A stretch of DNA of 64,000 nt from Mobula hypostoma (taxonomy: Eukaryota): the NCBI RefSeq assembly GCF_963921235.1, contig NC_086097.1:171680001-171744000 (forward strand). The letters run 5' to 3'. A program made the translations under genes and the position numbers. Position 1 is the stretch's first letter. Each line of letters opens with the position of its first letter. Positions 13,651 through 26,090 of the stretch are shown here, in pieces. The notes beneath the pieces were generated by a model. That model saw only the letters and a program-made list of their open reading frames with translations. It made no database searches and had not been told where the DNA came from.

Positions 13651-13893
13651 TGTATTGTGCACATGGCCAAGTGATTAAGGCCACGTGATCTGAAGGTCTA
13701 GTGATCTGAAGGTCGCTAGTTCGAGCCTCAGCTGTGGCAGCGTATTTGTGTCCTTGGGCAAAGCACTTAACCACACATTGCTCTAGTGACTGTGCGAGGA
13801 GTGGCGTCCCACACAGACTTCCAATCTGTGCCTTGTAAGGCATGAAAATGACCGACGCAGGCCTCTCATGGTCTGAGTCGACGTTCCCTCCTC
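13651..13893 (+). mobile_element. tRNA-derived SINE with CORE-like central domain
   Basis: A-box-like TGGCCAAGTG (~13664), B-box-like GTTCGAGCC (~13719), CORE-like GTGTCCTTGGGCAAAGCACTTAACC. TSD TCACAGTA at 13643-13650 and 13894-13901. Confidence 0.75.
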
Positions 13894-13894
13894 T

Positions 13895-14260
13895 CACAGT
13901 ACTCCTTCTATCCCACTACACCTCTTTGGACACAGTATCCTATTACACCCCTTCCTACACAGATCTCCATTACATCCCGCCCTACACAGTACATCATCGA
14001 ATCTATGACGCTGCCTCTTACACTGATGTATCCCATCAAATCCATTCACTCTTTCAAGTACAGTATCAAATTATATCCATTTTAGTCCTTCCCACACAAT
14101 ATCCTATTAAATCCATTTACCCTGTCCTACACAGTATGCTATCAGAGCCTTACGACCCTCCCCAGACTCCCATTGAAACCCCAAACCTTCCTATACAATA
14201 TCCCATCACACTAATTCCACCCCTTGCTATACAGTACCCCTCACATCCATCATTTGTCCT
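13895..14260. repeat. Degenerate ~27-bp C/A-rich tandem repeat
   Basis: Recurrent ACACAGTATCCCATTACACCC-like units. Confidence 0.6.
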
Positions 14261-15055
14261 ACTATCTCCTTTGATCTCCTCTCAGAGTTGATTTTGCTGA
14301 AATCTCTCTCTAAATCCTGCCCCTCTTCCATAATTCTGTGCAATCCTTCCAAGACTCTGTGTCCTGTAATCGTCCTCAGCCCTGTCTCACATCTGTTTAT
14401 ATTCCAACCAGCCCACAGTGCTGTGTAATGCCCATTGAACTTACACCACCAAATATCTCTGGCTTTTATCACCCTGCTTCCCTTGTTGATTTATTGTCTT
14501 TATCTTACAGAAAGATATCGTTGAAGATCATCCCATTGATGAACTCTTATATAAGTTAATCATAGTACAAGCTGGAATTACTTGGAGACAAATTTTTGCC
14601 ATTCACCAGATATCAGAGGTTCATTGCAATTGGTATTACAGACTATGCTTGTGCTGTTATTAATGGTCAGTGCATGTTTTAGCTCTTTCCGGGACAGTCA
14701 CAGCTAGGAAACTACCTGCTGATGAAATGCAGTTGGTTTTCTTCCCTTGGGCAGTCAGAGACCATTAGGCAGCGATCAGAACATGCACGTGCCTTTCATA
14801 ACCTCACAATGTCAGGTACAGGCATTGAAGGTGGAGCTGCCCCTCGGATTCCTGTGCCTGTAGGCACAATGTAAATGTAAATTCCTGTGACTTGTAGGCA
14901 CAATGCAAAGTAAATGAACTGAGTGATTCTGAACCAATCTTGACTAAATTTTGTAAGGAAAACAGCAAAACTGATCACCAGTAGTTGAACTTCATAAAAC
15001 ATAGTTGGAATATTTTGTACGTTTCTTAGTTGCCAAACTATATGAGGGAGATAGT

Positions 15056-15525
15056 CACGCAAACACGAGGAAATCTGCAGATGGTGGAAATTCGAGCAAC
15101 ACACATCAAAGTTGCTGGTGAACGCAGCAGGCCAGGCAGCATCTCTAGGAAGAGGTACCGTCGACGATTCGGGCCGAGATCCTTTGTCAGGACTAACTGA
15201 AAGAAGAGTAGTAAGAGATTTGAAAGTGGGAGGGGGAGGGGGAGATCCAAAATGATAGGAGAAGACAGGAGAGTGAATCTGTCCTGTCCCATGATCCTCT
15301 CATATCCCTTTTGCCAATCAACTGTCCAGCTCCTGGCTCCATCCCTCCCCCTCCTGTCTTCTCCTATCATTTTGGATCTCCCCCTTCGCCTCCCATTTTC
15401 AAATCTCTTACCAGCTCTTGCTTCAGTTAGTCCTGACGAAGGGTCTCAGCCCGAAACGTCGACTGTACCTCTTCCTATAGATGCTGCCTGGCCTGCTGCG
15501 TTCACCAGCAACTTTGATGTGTGTT
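15056..15525. mobile_element. Palindromic mini Penelope-like insertion made of two inverted pLTR ends
   Basis: Arms ~15098-15272 and ~15351-15526 are reverse complements. Imperfect 12-bp TSD GAGGGAGATAGT/GAGAAAGATAGT at 15044-15055 and 15526-15537. Confidence 0.85.
15429..15464 (+). ncRNA. Minimal type-I hammerhead ribozyme motif in a PLE pLTR
   Basis: AGTC-CTGACGA-A-GGGT(CTCA)GCCC-GAAA-CG-TC-GACT: stem I AGTC/GACT, intact core, palindromic ACGT stem III, predicted cleavage after C15460. Confidence 0.8.
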
Positions 15526-16252
15526 GAGAAAGATAGTTAGAAGGATGGTGACCTGGGAGGTCATTGGGATATTCAAGACTTCAGGGAACAAGGATATAAT
15601 GTCACAACCTCCTCTCTTTCATCAAACACCTTTAATAATTATGGAAGTGGCCTTACAACACACACGCGGTTACGGTATTCTAACTAGGTATTAAGGCCAT
15701 CTAACCAGGATTTTTGAGATAGATGTCAAGCACAACTGGAAGATTATCAATTCAGTGAAAGACACTCATTGGTCTGCTGAAACCTGTTTGCCTTTCAGCA
15801 TGGTGAGGTACACCTAAGGGAGTGCTGCCAGCTGGCACATTCGGGGCTGTAGGAATGTGTCCTGAGGGATGCACTGAAGCTTAACCCAGCCAGTGGGGAA
15901 GGACTGCAATCAACAGCCTTCTATTATCAGATATGGTGGGGCTGAGCCAATTGGGGAAGCTTGTGGCGACCCACTTTCTAGCACACACGAACCGGCTCAC
16001 GAAACAGCGCGCGCCGGCAGAGAGGCCGGCCCCAAAAAAGGGCGCCAGGCCATCTTCACCAGCAGGGGGAAAATCCCTTCCGCGGAAAGGGTCTGGGAAT
16101 ATGCATTCCCCACAGCAGTCCCGCCCAGGGAGGGCAGGAACAGGAAGGCTTTAAAGCAGGCCGCGAAGTTTGAATAAATCTCTTTCATCGCAACTCCAAC
16201 TCATCGACTACGTGTTGTTATTCTAGCGCTATGTGTAGCACACCACTACAAT

Positions 16253-16266
16253 TGGTGACCCCGACG
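16253..16266 (+). promoter_or_regulatory. Primer binding site complementary to the tRNA-Trp 3' end
   Basis: TGGTGACCCCGACG begins 2 nt after the 5' LTR and is complementary to ...CGTCGGGGTCA-CCA of vertebrate tRNA-Trp. Confidence 0.85.
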
Positions 16267-16290
16267 GCCCAAACAAAATTTGGACCAGAG

Positions 16291-17253
16291 ATGACTGACG
16301 CCACATCTGTTCATGCAGTTTTGTTAAAACTGCCAAGCTTCTGGACGCTGCGACTCCGCTTATGGTTCGAACAAGCAGAAGCACAATTCCACATTCGGCA
16401 GATAACCTCGGAGTCCACTCGCTACTACTACGTGCTGAGCTCCCTCGACCAGGAGACTGCTGCACAAGTTGAGGAGTTTATACAGTCGCCCCCGGAGGAC
16501 GGCAAATACACAGCATTCAAAGCCCTGCTCATAAGGACTTTCGGACTCTCACGGCACGAGCGTGCTGCCCACTTAATGCACCTGGATGGTTTGGGAGACA
16601 GGCTGTCGTCAGCATTAATGAACGAAATGCTGGCCCTGGCTGAAGGACACAAACCCTGCCTCATGTTTGAGCAGGCGTTCCTAGAGCAACTGCCCGAGGA
16701 CATATGCCTGCTGCTGTCTGATGCAGATTTCAGCAACCCCCGGGAGGTGGCGGCCCGGGCAGATGTGCTGTGGAATGCCAGGAAAGAGAGAGGGGCATCC
16801 GTCGCACAGATCACCAAGCCGCGTGCCCAAAGGCAGACCAGACCAGGCCCGGCAGCAGAGCCTACAAAACCCGGCGACGGGAGTGAGGAGCCCAATGAAC
16901 AATGGTGCTTCTACCACCAGCGATGGGGCACAGAAATTCCCGGGAAACGCCAAGGCCCAGCCGCCGCTGATGGCTATGGCGGCTGGCCATCAGGGCAGCC
17001 TCCTGTATGTCTGGGACAAGCAGTTGGGACGCCGCTTTTGGTCAACACCGGAGCGGAGATCAGCGTTTTACCTCTAACGAGTTACGACACCCGCAACAGA
17101 GAACTGGGACCCACCCTGAGGGCCGCAAATGGCAGCACAATACGAACCTACGGCACCCGCACGGTGCGGCTACAGTTCAGCTCCAGCCGGTTCACGTGGG
17201 ACTTCACACTGGCCGCCGTGGCCCAACCACTCCTGGGGGCAGATTTTCTATGA
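16291..17253 (+). pseudogene. gag: Gypsy gag and protease (disrupted)
   Basis: KLPSFW...WFEQAEAQF gag N-terminus. Zinc knuckle truncated after CFYHQRWG. Protease motif reads LVNTGA (catalytic D to N). TGA at 17251. Confidence 0.85.
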
Positions 17254-17337
17254 GCCCACAGCCTACTGGTCGACCTGCAAGAGAAGCGACTAGTCCACGC
17301 CAAGACTTTTCAAACGTTCTCCCTGGGTGAAGCACAG

Positions 17338-19930
17338 TTGCCAGCCCCACACCTGGACTCCATCATGCTGTCCAACGACGAATTCCCCAGGGTCCTGGCC
17401 GATTTCCCATCAGTTCTAACATCGCAGTTCACGGCAGCCATGCCCAGACACGGAGTACAGCACCACATCCCGACCCAGGGACCATCCCTCCACGCCCGTG
17501 CTCGAAGGCTTCCCCCGGACAAGCTCCAACTGGCAAAGGAGGAGTTCAAGAAGATGGAGGAATTGGGGATCACACGATGGTCCGACAACCCATGGGCCTC
17601 CCCCCTGCACATGGTGCCCAAGGCAATGGGGGGCTGGAGACCATGCGGCGACGACCACAGGCTGAACGAAGCTACAACACCAGACCGCTACCCTGTGCCG
17701 CACATTCAAGATTTTGCAGCAAACCTACACGGTGCAAGGATCTTTTCCAAGGTAGACCTTGTCTGGGAATACCATCAAATCCCGGTACATCCAGACGACA
17801 TCCCCAAAACAGCACTCATCACCCCGTTCGGCCTTTTCGAATTCCTCCGAATGCTGTCCGGCCTAAAGAATGCCGCACAGATTTTCCAGCAGTTAATGGA
17901 CGCAGTGGGACGCGACCTGGACTTTGCATTCATCTATTTGGACGACATCCTCATAGCCAGCAGTAGTCGTCAAGAGCATCTGACCCACCTCCGTCAACTC
18001 TACGCCCGACTGAGTGAGTTCAGCCTTACAATCAACCCAGCCAAATGCCAGTTCATACTCAACACCATCGACTTCCTAGGCCACAGGATTACTAAAGACG
18101 GGGCAACCCCTCTGCCCGCCAAGGTAGACGCGGTCCGCCACTTCCCCCGACCCAACACAACCAAAGGCCTGCAGGAATTCGTGGGTATGGTGAATTTCTA
18201 CCACCGTTTCCACCCCTCAGCAGTCCGAATCATGCATCCCCTGTTCACCCTGAAGTCGGGTAAGGGCAAGGACATTACCTGGGACGAAGAGGCCGCGGCC
18301 GCTTTCGTTAAAACCAAAGAAGCCTTGGCAAACGCCGCGATGCTAGTGCACCCCAGAACAGTCGTTCCTACTGCCCTCACGGTGGACGCATCCAACACAG
18401 CAGTCGGTGGAGTGCTGGAACAACTCATCGAGGGTCGCTGGCAACCCCTGGCGTTCTTCAGCAAACATCTACGACCACCTGAACTCAAATACAGTGCTTT
18501 TGACCGGGAGCTATTGGCACTATACCTGGCAATCCGGCATTTCAGGTACTTCTTAGAAGGTCGGCCCTTCACCACGTTCACGGACCACAAACCGTTTACC
18601 TTTGCGTTCACGAAGGTGTCCGACCCCTGGTCGTCTCGCCAGCAGCGACATCTGTCTACATCTCCGAGTACACGACGGACATCCGGCAAGTCTCGGGAAA
18701 GGACAGTGTCGTGGCAGACGCACTATCCAGACCTACCATACAGGCCCTGTCCCAGGGGGTGGACTATGCAGCACTGGCGGAGGCACAGCAGGCAGACGAT
18801 GAGATCCCTATTACAGAACTGCGGTCTCCGGTTTGCAGCTCCAAGACCTCCCCGTAGGCCCAGGTGAGAGGACCCTATGTGTGACGTAGCTACCGGCCAA
18901 CCCCGCCCCGTCATCCCGGCAGCCTGGCGCCAGCGGGTTTTCAACTCCATTCACAACTTAGCGCACCCCTCCATCAGGACAACCATCCAGCTGGTCTCCA
19001 ATAGGTTCGTGTGGTATGGACTTCGTAAACAGGTTAGTGAATGGGCCAAAACATGCATGCAGTGCCAATCGGCCGAGGTGCAGCGGCACACCAAGGCTCC
19101 GCCACAGCAGTTCGAACCCACCCGCCGGAGGTTCAACCACATTCATGTGGATATCGTGGGGCCCCTGCCAGTGTCGCGAGGAGCGCGGTACCTCCTAACT
19201 ATGATAGACCGGTTCACCAGATGGCCAGAGGCGGTCCTGCTCACCGACACCACCTCCGAATCCTGCGCCCGAGCACTGATCACAACCTGGGTAGCCCGCT
19301 TCAGGGTACCGGCCCACATTACCTCCGACAGAGGCGCCCAGTTCACCTCCAGCCTGTGGTCAGCTATGGCCAGCCTTTTAGGATCGCAGCTACACCACAC
19401 AACTGCCTACCACCCACAGGCAAACGGACTAGTGGAGCGCTTCCACCGTCACCTGAAATCAGCTCTCATGGCCCGCCTGGAAGAGCCTAACTGGGTGGAC
19501 GAACTTCCCTGGGTCCTGTTCGGAATCCTCACGGTGCCCAAGGAAGATCTACACACCTCGTCGGCCGAGTTGGTGTACGGAACACCTCAGTAGTCCCAGG
19601 AGAGTTCATACCAGCCCCAAGGGGGCAAGAGGAAGAACCCACAGCAGTCCTGGACAGACTACGGGAGAGGCTCGGTAACCTGGCCCCCATACCCACTTCA
19701 CAGCACGGACAGAGCCCGACCTGCCTACCCAAAGACCTGCAGAACTGTAAGTTTCTTTTTGTACGACGGGGCGGACACTGGGCACCGCTACAGCGGCCCT
19801 ACGAGGGGCCGTTTAAGGTGATCAGGAACAACGGGTCCACGTTCGTGCTGGACGTTGGGGGGAGAGAGGAGGTTTTCACGGTGGACCGACTTAAACCAGC
19901 CCATGTGGACTTGGTGCAGCTGGTTCGGGC
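17338..19930 (+). pseudogene. pol: Gypsy pol (RT, RNase H, integrase), frameshifted
   Basis: WASPLHMVPK, FSKVDL, YLDD, TVDAS, FTDHKP. HHCC and HVD..TSDRG..VER integrase motifs in ORF 18877-19593. GPF motif at ~19805. Confidence 0.92.
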
Positions 19931-22189
19931 TCAGGCACCGCGGCGCAGGGGCAGACCTCCCAAACAGAGGCCGATCCAGACTGTGGACACCAGGCCATCT
20001 TCACCAGCAGGGGGAAAATCCCGCGCGCGGAAAGGGTCTGGGAATATGCATTCCCTACAGCAGTCCCGCCCGGGGAGGGTGGGAACGGGAAGGCTTTAAA
20101 GGAGGCCGCGAAGTTTGAATAAATCTCTTTTATCGCAACTCCAACTCACCGACTACCTGTCGTTATTCTAGCGCTGTGTGTAGCACATCGCTACAAGCTC
20201 CTCAAACAATGAAATGATGTATCACATCAGGGGACCGCATGAGTGGTAATGGAGCTGTGATTTTAAAAAAATGTTAATACTACTAAATATATTGACTAAA
20301 TGACATTAAAAATATCAAATGTTTTACACTGTTGCTTTCTATAGAAAAATTGTTATATACAAAAAATGTTATTATTGAAATAAAAAGAGTATCCTTTAAG
20401 TATCAATGGGGAAAATATAAATCAGTGTTAGTCTGTTCCAAAGCTTTTCTTGCTTTGTTACAGCTTGAAGAGTTTCCTGTGTTCTCTTTCCTTTACCTCT
20501 GATCTAGAACAAAGCTTGTAGTTATTTATCAATGTGTTCCCATTTGTCCCCCATTGGGATCTATATTTGATGTGCCCTGATCATTGTGACAAGTGGAATA
20601 AAATAGCTGGTATCTAAGAAATGAGATTTGTCTTTGTTGCTAGACTTCAAGAAGAGTTTATCTGTATATCCGTAAATCAGGGAATTATTTCAAGAATAAA
20701 ACTAACATGTATTCTCAACAATGGAGCTTTGTACGTTTCTGAAATTGGTATCAAAACTATAGAAGCCATCGACACATTAAAAGTGATTAAATTTATGACA
20801 AGAAAAACAATTTCTTTTGCACATTACAGAAATTATTTTAATCTAAAAGATGAATGGTTTTGTATTTTCATTAAACGCCGCTCACATTTTCACTCGCTCT
20901 GATCATCTGTGACTATTTAATGAATAACTTTGAATCCTTTCTTTATGTTGTTAATTACAGCCGAGTTGGAAAATAATTAATTCTTTTTAAATGTAAGTCA
21001 GCCATTTAATCAATTCCTGATGAACACAGATTAAGCACAAATGATCCAGCCTTCTTATTGGTGGCCTTTAATTGTTGTCCTTGCAATTCGGCTAAATTAC
21101 TTCTGGAAATCAATTTTTCCTCACAAATTTGTCCCACTTTATTAGATTTTAGTACATTGTTAAAAGAAAAACCCAGTGGACTTGACAATGTTACAGTGAG
21201 CTAAAAAAATGATTACATATGAAACTGTCATTCATCTTTTAAGGAAATGCAGAACATAATAACAATCGACATTCTGCTGTAAATCCATTTTGTTCGATAG
21301 TACAGTCTGCTTAGCTGACCAGTGCTTCAAAAATTACATTTCCATTATTGGGGTCTTACAATGCTTCATTTCTTGATGTGTTTGGTTTATTGGATCTGGG
21401 CATTGTTGGCAAGGCCAATGTTTGTTGCTCCCTTCGATTTGAGATCGCTGCTGGACGTTCAGGATCCAGCGAATAATCAGACCAGATATATATTCAGCAG
21501 ATTTCCTCTGAAGTGTATTACTGAGTCGGATAAATTTCATCACAATCCTTTCCCAATTGTGATAAGAAACGACTGATCATAGCTTTATAATTCAAATTTT
21601 ATTGAATTACTCGAATTTAAATTCCCCAATTACATCAACGATTCAAATTCATGCTTAAACACTAATATTCTTGGCTTCTGGATACCAGTAACATAGCCAT
21701 TGCACTTATTGCTGTGATCTTTAATATCTTTAATGAGGAATTTCTTTTCAAACAGTAATGTTATGATATTGAACTGAGCATTGTAACTTTGGGATAACAC
21801 GTTATGCTTGCCCTGTGAGGCACTGTGAACTTTGATAGATCCACATATCACCTACACCTCTTGCTCACTCAGACTGTAAGTATCTGTTACCCACAATCCC
21901 AGTGATTTAAAGTACTTCTAATTCAACAAAGACAAGCTGTCCCAAGAAAGCCACCTTCAGTAGTCAAGGTTTACCATTCCTGGGGAATGACTCAGTAATA
22001 GATTCATGTACCCTTCATTGAATCGATAATTTCTGTAACAAAACAGCAGCCAAATTGTTATTAGCAAGCTCCTACAGATGCAATGCAATAATGACCAAAG
22101 CTGCTCTTTGGTGGTGTTACTGAGCGCTAAGAACTAGTTCCAGAAGGTAGTCCATGTTGATCTTCAAGTAAGGAGCCGCACATTGATGA

Positions 22190-22400
22190 TGTATTTAATA
22201 TGCCTGTCCCACAATTCCAATCACTTGAGTTCAATCCCAACATCTGGTGCAGTCTGTGTGAAGTCTGCACATCCTCCTTTTCACTATGATGATTTTCCCG
22301 AGGTAACCCTGTTAGCTTCCACATCCCAAAGTAATGCTGAGTGTGATTAACTGGCTACTGTGAATTATCCTTAGTGCAGGTGACTGGTGGGAGAACCGAC
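22190..22400 (+). mobile_element. Old V-SINE/HE1-like SINE
   Basis: GAGTTCAATCC B box followed by GTCTGTGTGAAGTCTGCACAT...CCACATCCCAAAG, a V-domain-like pattern. Confidence 0.6.
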
Positions 22401-22439
22401 ATATGTTATTGAGCATAAGTGACAGAGAAATAAGAGTGA

Positions 22440-23175
22440 GACTAAGTTAAGAGTTAAGAGTATATTTAGTAGCAAAATATGCATACATGATTTGTCTCCT
22501 TACAGGCAGCCACAAATCAAAGAAACCCAAAAGAACTCATCAAATAAAAGAAGACAGCCAAACACTCAATTGTGCAGAGAGAGAAAAATAACAAATCATA
22601 CAAACAATAAAAGTAAGCAAATAGTATTCTGAACAAAACTGAGTCCTCAGACATGAAGCCCAGAGCAGCTGGAGTAGGCTATAGCTTCAACCTCAGTTCA
22701 GCGCAGAGCTGAGTAAATGTTGTGGAGCAGTGAGCAGAACCAGGCTGACCCTTGCCCCTTGTCCCAACACATTGCCTTTTCAATTCATCTGGCCCAGCGT
22801 TTAAATCATCCAAACATGGGGTCGTTCCTCGGAGTAGGAGTAGGACTAGGACCTGGGTCCTGTCGCATCGATATGCTTGGGGCCTGGACTCCACTGCCAC
22901 TTTTTGGCCTGACACTTAGATTGATCAAACCTTCCCCTCTGCCCCAACTTTGCGTCGAACATGTCTCAACCTCGCCTCGACTTCAGCTCACAGTACCATG
23001 CTTTGACCCTTGACTCAGCCTTTTTTTTTGCTCACTTCTGCATTGTTTGCGTTGCGCATTTATCATAAATTTGACAAGAAAGAGTGTTATTAATAAAGTA
23101 TTTAGTTGTATTCTTTGTTTTGTTTGCCACCAGTACGTAGTCGCTGGGCTTCACCGGCAACATCTTAAACCAGGA
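22440..23175 (-). mobile_element. Probable non-autonomous, non-coding LINE derivative
   Basis: Minus strand begins GGTTTAAGATGTTGCC (AAGATGGCG-like 5' motif) and ends in a T-rich 3' region with a short (CTTAACT)n tail at ~22443-22457. No ORF. Confidence 0.4.
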
Positions 23176-23378
23176 CTAAGAAAGCTGCTGTGAGATCCAG
23201 GGTAGAATCAATGAGTCAAATGTCCTCATTTTATGTCATATGGAAATACAGGACCCTGGGTCTTTCATAATTGCCCAAGAAGGTAGTCGAGGCTACAGTT
23301 TAGAAAAGTTGTCTATCAGATCATGCAACAGGGCAGCACTTGTATAGTATTTCACCAGATCATTGGATGAGATTCTGT

Positions 23379-23665
23379 GACATGGGTTAAGGGTGAGGGA
23401 GGAAAAGTTTAAAGGGAACATTAGGGGGGGCTTCTTCACACAGAGAGTGGTGGGAGTATGGAATGAGCTGCCAGATGAGGTGGTAAATGCGGGTTCTTTT
23501 TTAACATTTAAGAATAAATTGGACAGATACATGGATGGGAGGTGTATGGAGGGATATGGTCCGCGTGCAGGTCAGTGGGACTGGGCAGAAAATGGTTCGG
23601 CACAGCCAAGAAGGGCCAAAAGGCCTGTTTCTGTGCTGTAGTTTCTATGGTTTTCTATGGTTTCT
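23379..23665 (+). mobile_element. CR1 3' fragment
   Basis: FFTQRVVGVWNELP, followed by a (TTTCTATGG)n tail. Confidence 0.9.
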
Positions 23666-25659
23666 GTAGTGGATTTGAATCCAAAGGTACTTTTGAACTA
23701 TAGCCAATTAAAATAGTAGCGGTCAGGAAAGGCTGCATAGGTTAGGACAAGTTTCCCTGTAAAGCAGAGGTCAGGAAAATAATTTTGAGTATTTTAAAAA
23801 CAACCAGCAGATCAGGCAGCATCTCCAGAGAGAAGAAGTGTTAATGTTTCAGGTCAATAACCTTCCTTTATAATTAGGAAAGGGAAGAAGGTTTTGGAGA
23901 AGTTGCAGAGGAGGTTTGTTAAGACATCTCTTGGATTGAAGTCTTAGCTAAGGAAATTTGGAATATTTTCTCTGGAGAGGAGACTGAGTGGCGCTTGATG
24001 GAAGTATACAAAGTTATGAAATGTGAAGATGGGGTAGACAGTCAAAATCCTTTCCCCTAGAGTGGAAAGTACCAATTCTAGAGGGCATTGTTTTAAGGTG
24101 AGAGGGAGAACTTCAAAGGAGATGAAAAACAAGTTTTTCTTCAATATCTTGTGCTCCTGTCTCATCATTCTCCTTCTTATCTTACTACAGGCCATCTCCC
24201 CTCACTTCTAATGAAGGGTTTCAACATGAATCATTGGTAATTCCTTCCCCCTCACAGATGCTGCTTGACCCAAGGAGTTCCTCCAGTAGACTGTTGCTGC
24301 AAATTTCAGGCCAGTCGTTCCCTGTTCCCAAATACCCAACTATACAATAATTGGTTAATATTCCATCTGCTCACATTATGCATTATTAAAGAGATCCACA
24401 ATCATCACAATCATTCACATTACCATTAAATTACTTACTGTAAGCTTTAATGCACGTTTCAGAATAAGTAATAAAACTGTTGCATAATCTATTATGTTTC
24501 AGTAGGATTTAGACACTTGTCGTAATTAGCAAAAGGAAGAGGAATACAGAAAGTTCTCCTGTTTGAGAGCTCCTTTCTGTGCTCTTATTTATGGAAGTCT
24601 CTTGATAGTAAAAGTGTGTATTTTCCAGATTCATGGCATTACGCTGGTATAACTCTTGTAAGTTAACAGTCATTACCACTGACAGTTCTATTCAACAGCA
24701 GCTAATAAAACAGAAATAAAGCATGAGATGTTTTCTTAAACATAATATCCACAAATAACCTTGCTGGTAATATTTAAACATGCTTAAAGGAAGTGATATT
24801 GTTCACAGGTAATATTCTTCAAAGGCTAGGAATAAGTTTCAAACAAAGTTGTGAAGTGGAATGAGTTGCGAATGAACCACCGACCAGAAAATCCTGTTGA
24901 TATTGGTGATCATTGATTATGCACCAAATAATGGTTATCAGACATTGATGCAAATCTAGACTGATGTTCCAGTGCAGAATGAGGGCAGTTATTTGCTTCT
25001 AGGGAAGTGTTATTAATATAAAAGTTAAGTAGAACCTGTCTTTTTTTAATTTTTGATTTAAGGAGAAATATCTTGCTTGGTTCATTATTGTTTTTGTAAA
25101 ATCAGCTAATTCTGATTAAAATACTCCTTTCAATAAGATGAATCAACTGCAGGTCTCTTTTGGCCTTTGAGCTCAATCAAATTAAAATGACAAACCTATG
25201 AACTGATGTGATCTACCTGCGCACCTATGCTCAATTTGTGATGAAGCTGTTCTGCAGTTTGAAATCTACTTCACTTCAGAAGAACACATGCACGAGATAG
25301 CACTGAAGACAGGCCTGAACTCCATTTTTTTTCAGAAAACTGGTGGCTTACACCACTTATGCCTCTGCTTTATTTCAGCATGCATGGCCTTAGGAACAAA
25401 TGTACTTTGTGACTTTCTGTTTGCAATGATATATGGATTTTGTTCATCAAGCCACTGGCTACTCAGTTGAATACTGAAAGATTAAGACTTCAGACACAAA
25501 TCTTGGTCTATGGGCAGCAGTGATGCCTTCCTTTATAAATAGTCAGAGACTTTGACTTCCCCTAACAGGCAGCTAAAGACACAGGAAAAATACCATAACG
25601 TTGTGAAATTTTCCAGGTTTCCTGGTAGGAAAGTTAATGATGATGTTGCCTTCCAGGTG

Positions 25660-26090
25660 ATCATCCCAAGTGCTGAGACTATGCTTATACTCATTCAGCT
25701 ACATTAGGTACTGTAGGCCAAACACTGTCACCCGATTCCCAAAGCAGATGGGACTCCAAGTTCACTAGTGTGAAGGGATCCCCAAATAGATCGAGAAAAA
25801 GATTCAAGAATGTCTTCAAAGCCTCCTTGCAGAAATGCAATGTTTCCACTGTTTTCTAGAAATCTTGGGACAATGGACCCTGACTGTGGAGATGGAGGAT
25901 TTGAGATGGTATTGAGAGAGAGCAATGGAAATCCTATTTCAGCCTCAGGAGCATACCTCTCAAACTTCTAGTAAGCTATGACCTGTCCGATCTGTTGCGG
26001 GGTCAGTGGTGCCAACTTAGCCTCAGTCACCTCAAAACCTATCAAACTGGAGTGAAGGCAAATTATCCTTGATCCTACAACTGCCTCAGC
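25660..26090 (+). mobile_element. Old RTE-clade LINE C-terminal fragment
   Basis: Translates to IPSAETMLILIQL...RFPKQ...RKRFKNVFKASLQKC, like the RTE C-terminus (QLRWAGH..RLPKQ..KRFKDTLKASL). Confidence 0.6.

Larger units (their letters stand above)
15962..20195 (+). mobile_element. Gypsy/Ty3 LTR retrotransposon, near full length but defective
   Basis: 5' LTR 15962-16250 (TGT...ACA). 3' LTR remnant 19990-20195. 4-bp TSD AGCT at 15958-15961 and 20196-20199. Domain order gag-PR-RT-RH-IN. Confidence 0.96.

Noticed and set aside
13660..13735. tRNA gene
   Set aside because: A and B boxes are present but there is no proper cloverleaf; it continues into a SINE body and is flanked by a TSD.
13842..14291. 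149-aa Pro/Tyr-rich ORF
   Set aside because: Read-through of a SINE tail into a low-complexity tandem repeat.
14511..14860. Host coding exons (plus-strand acceptor at 14510; minus-strand 14715-14860)
   Set aside because: Stops occur in all frames before a credible donor and no protein is recognisable. A non-coding exon cannot be excluded.
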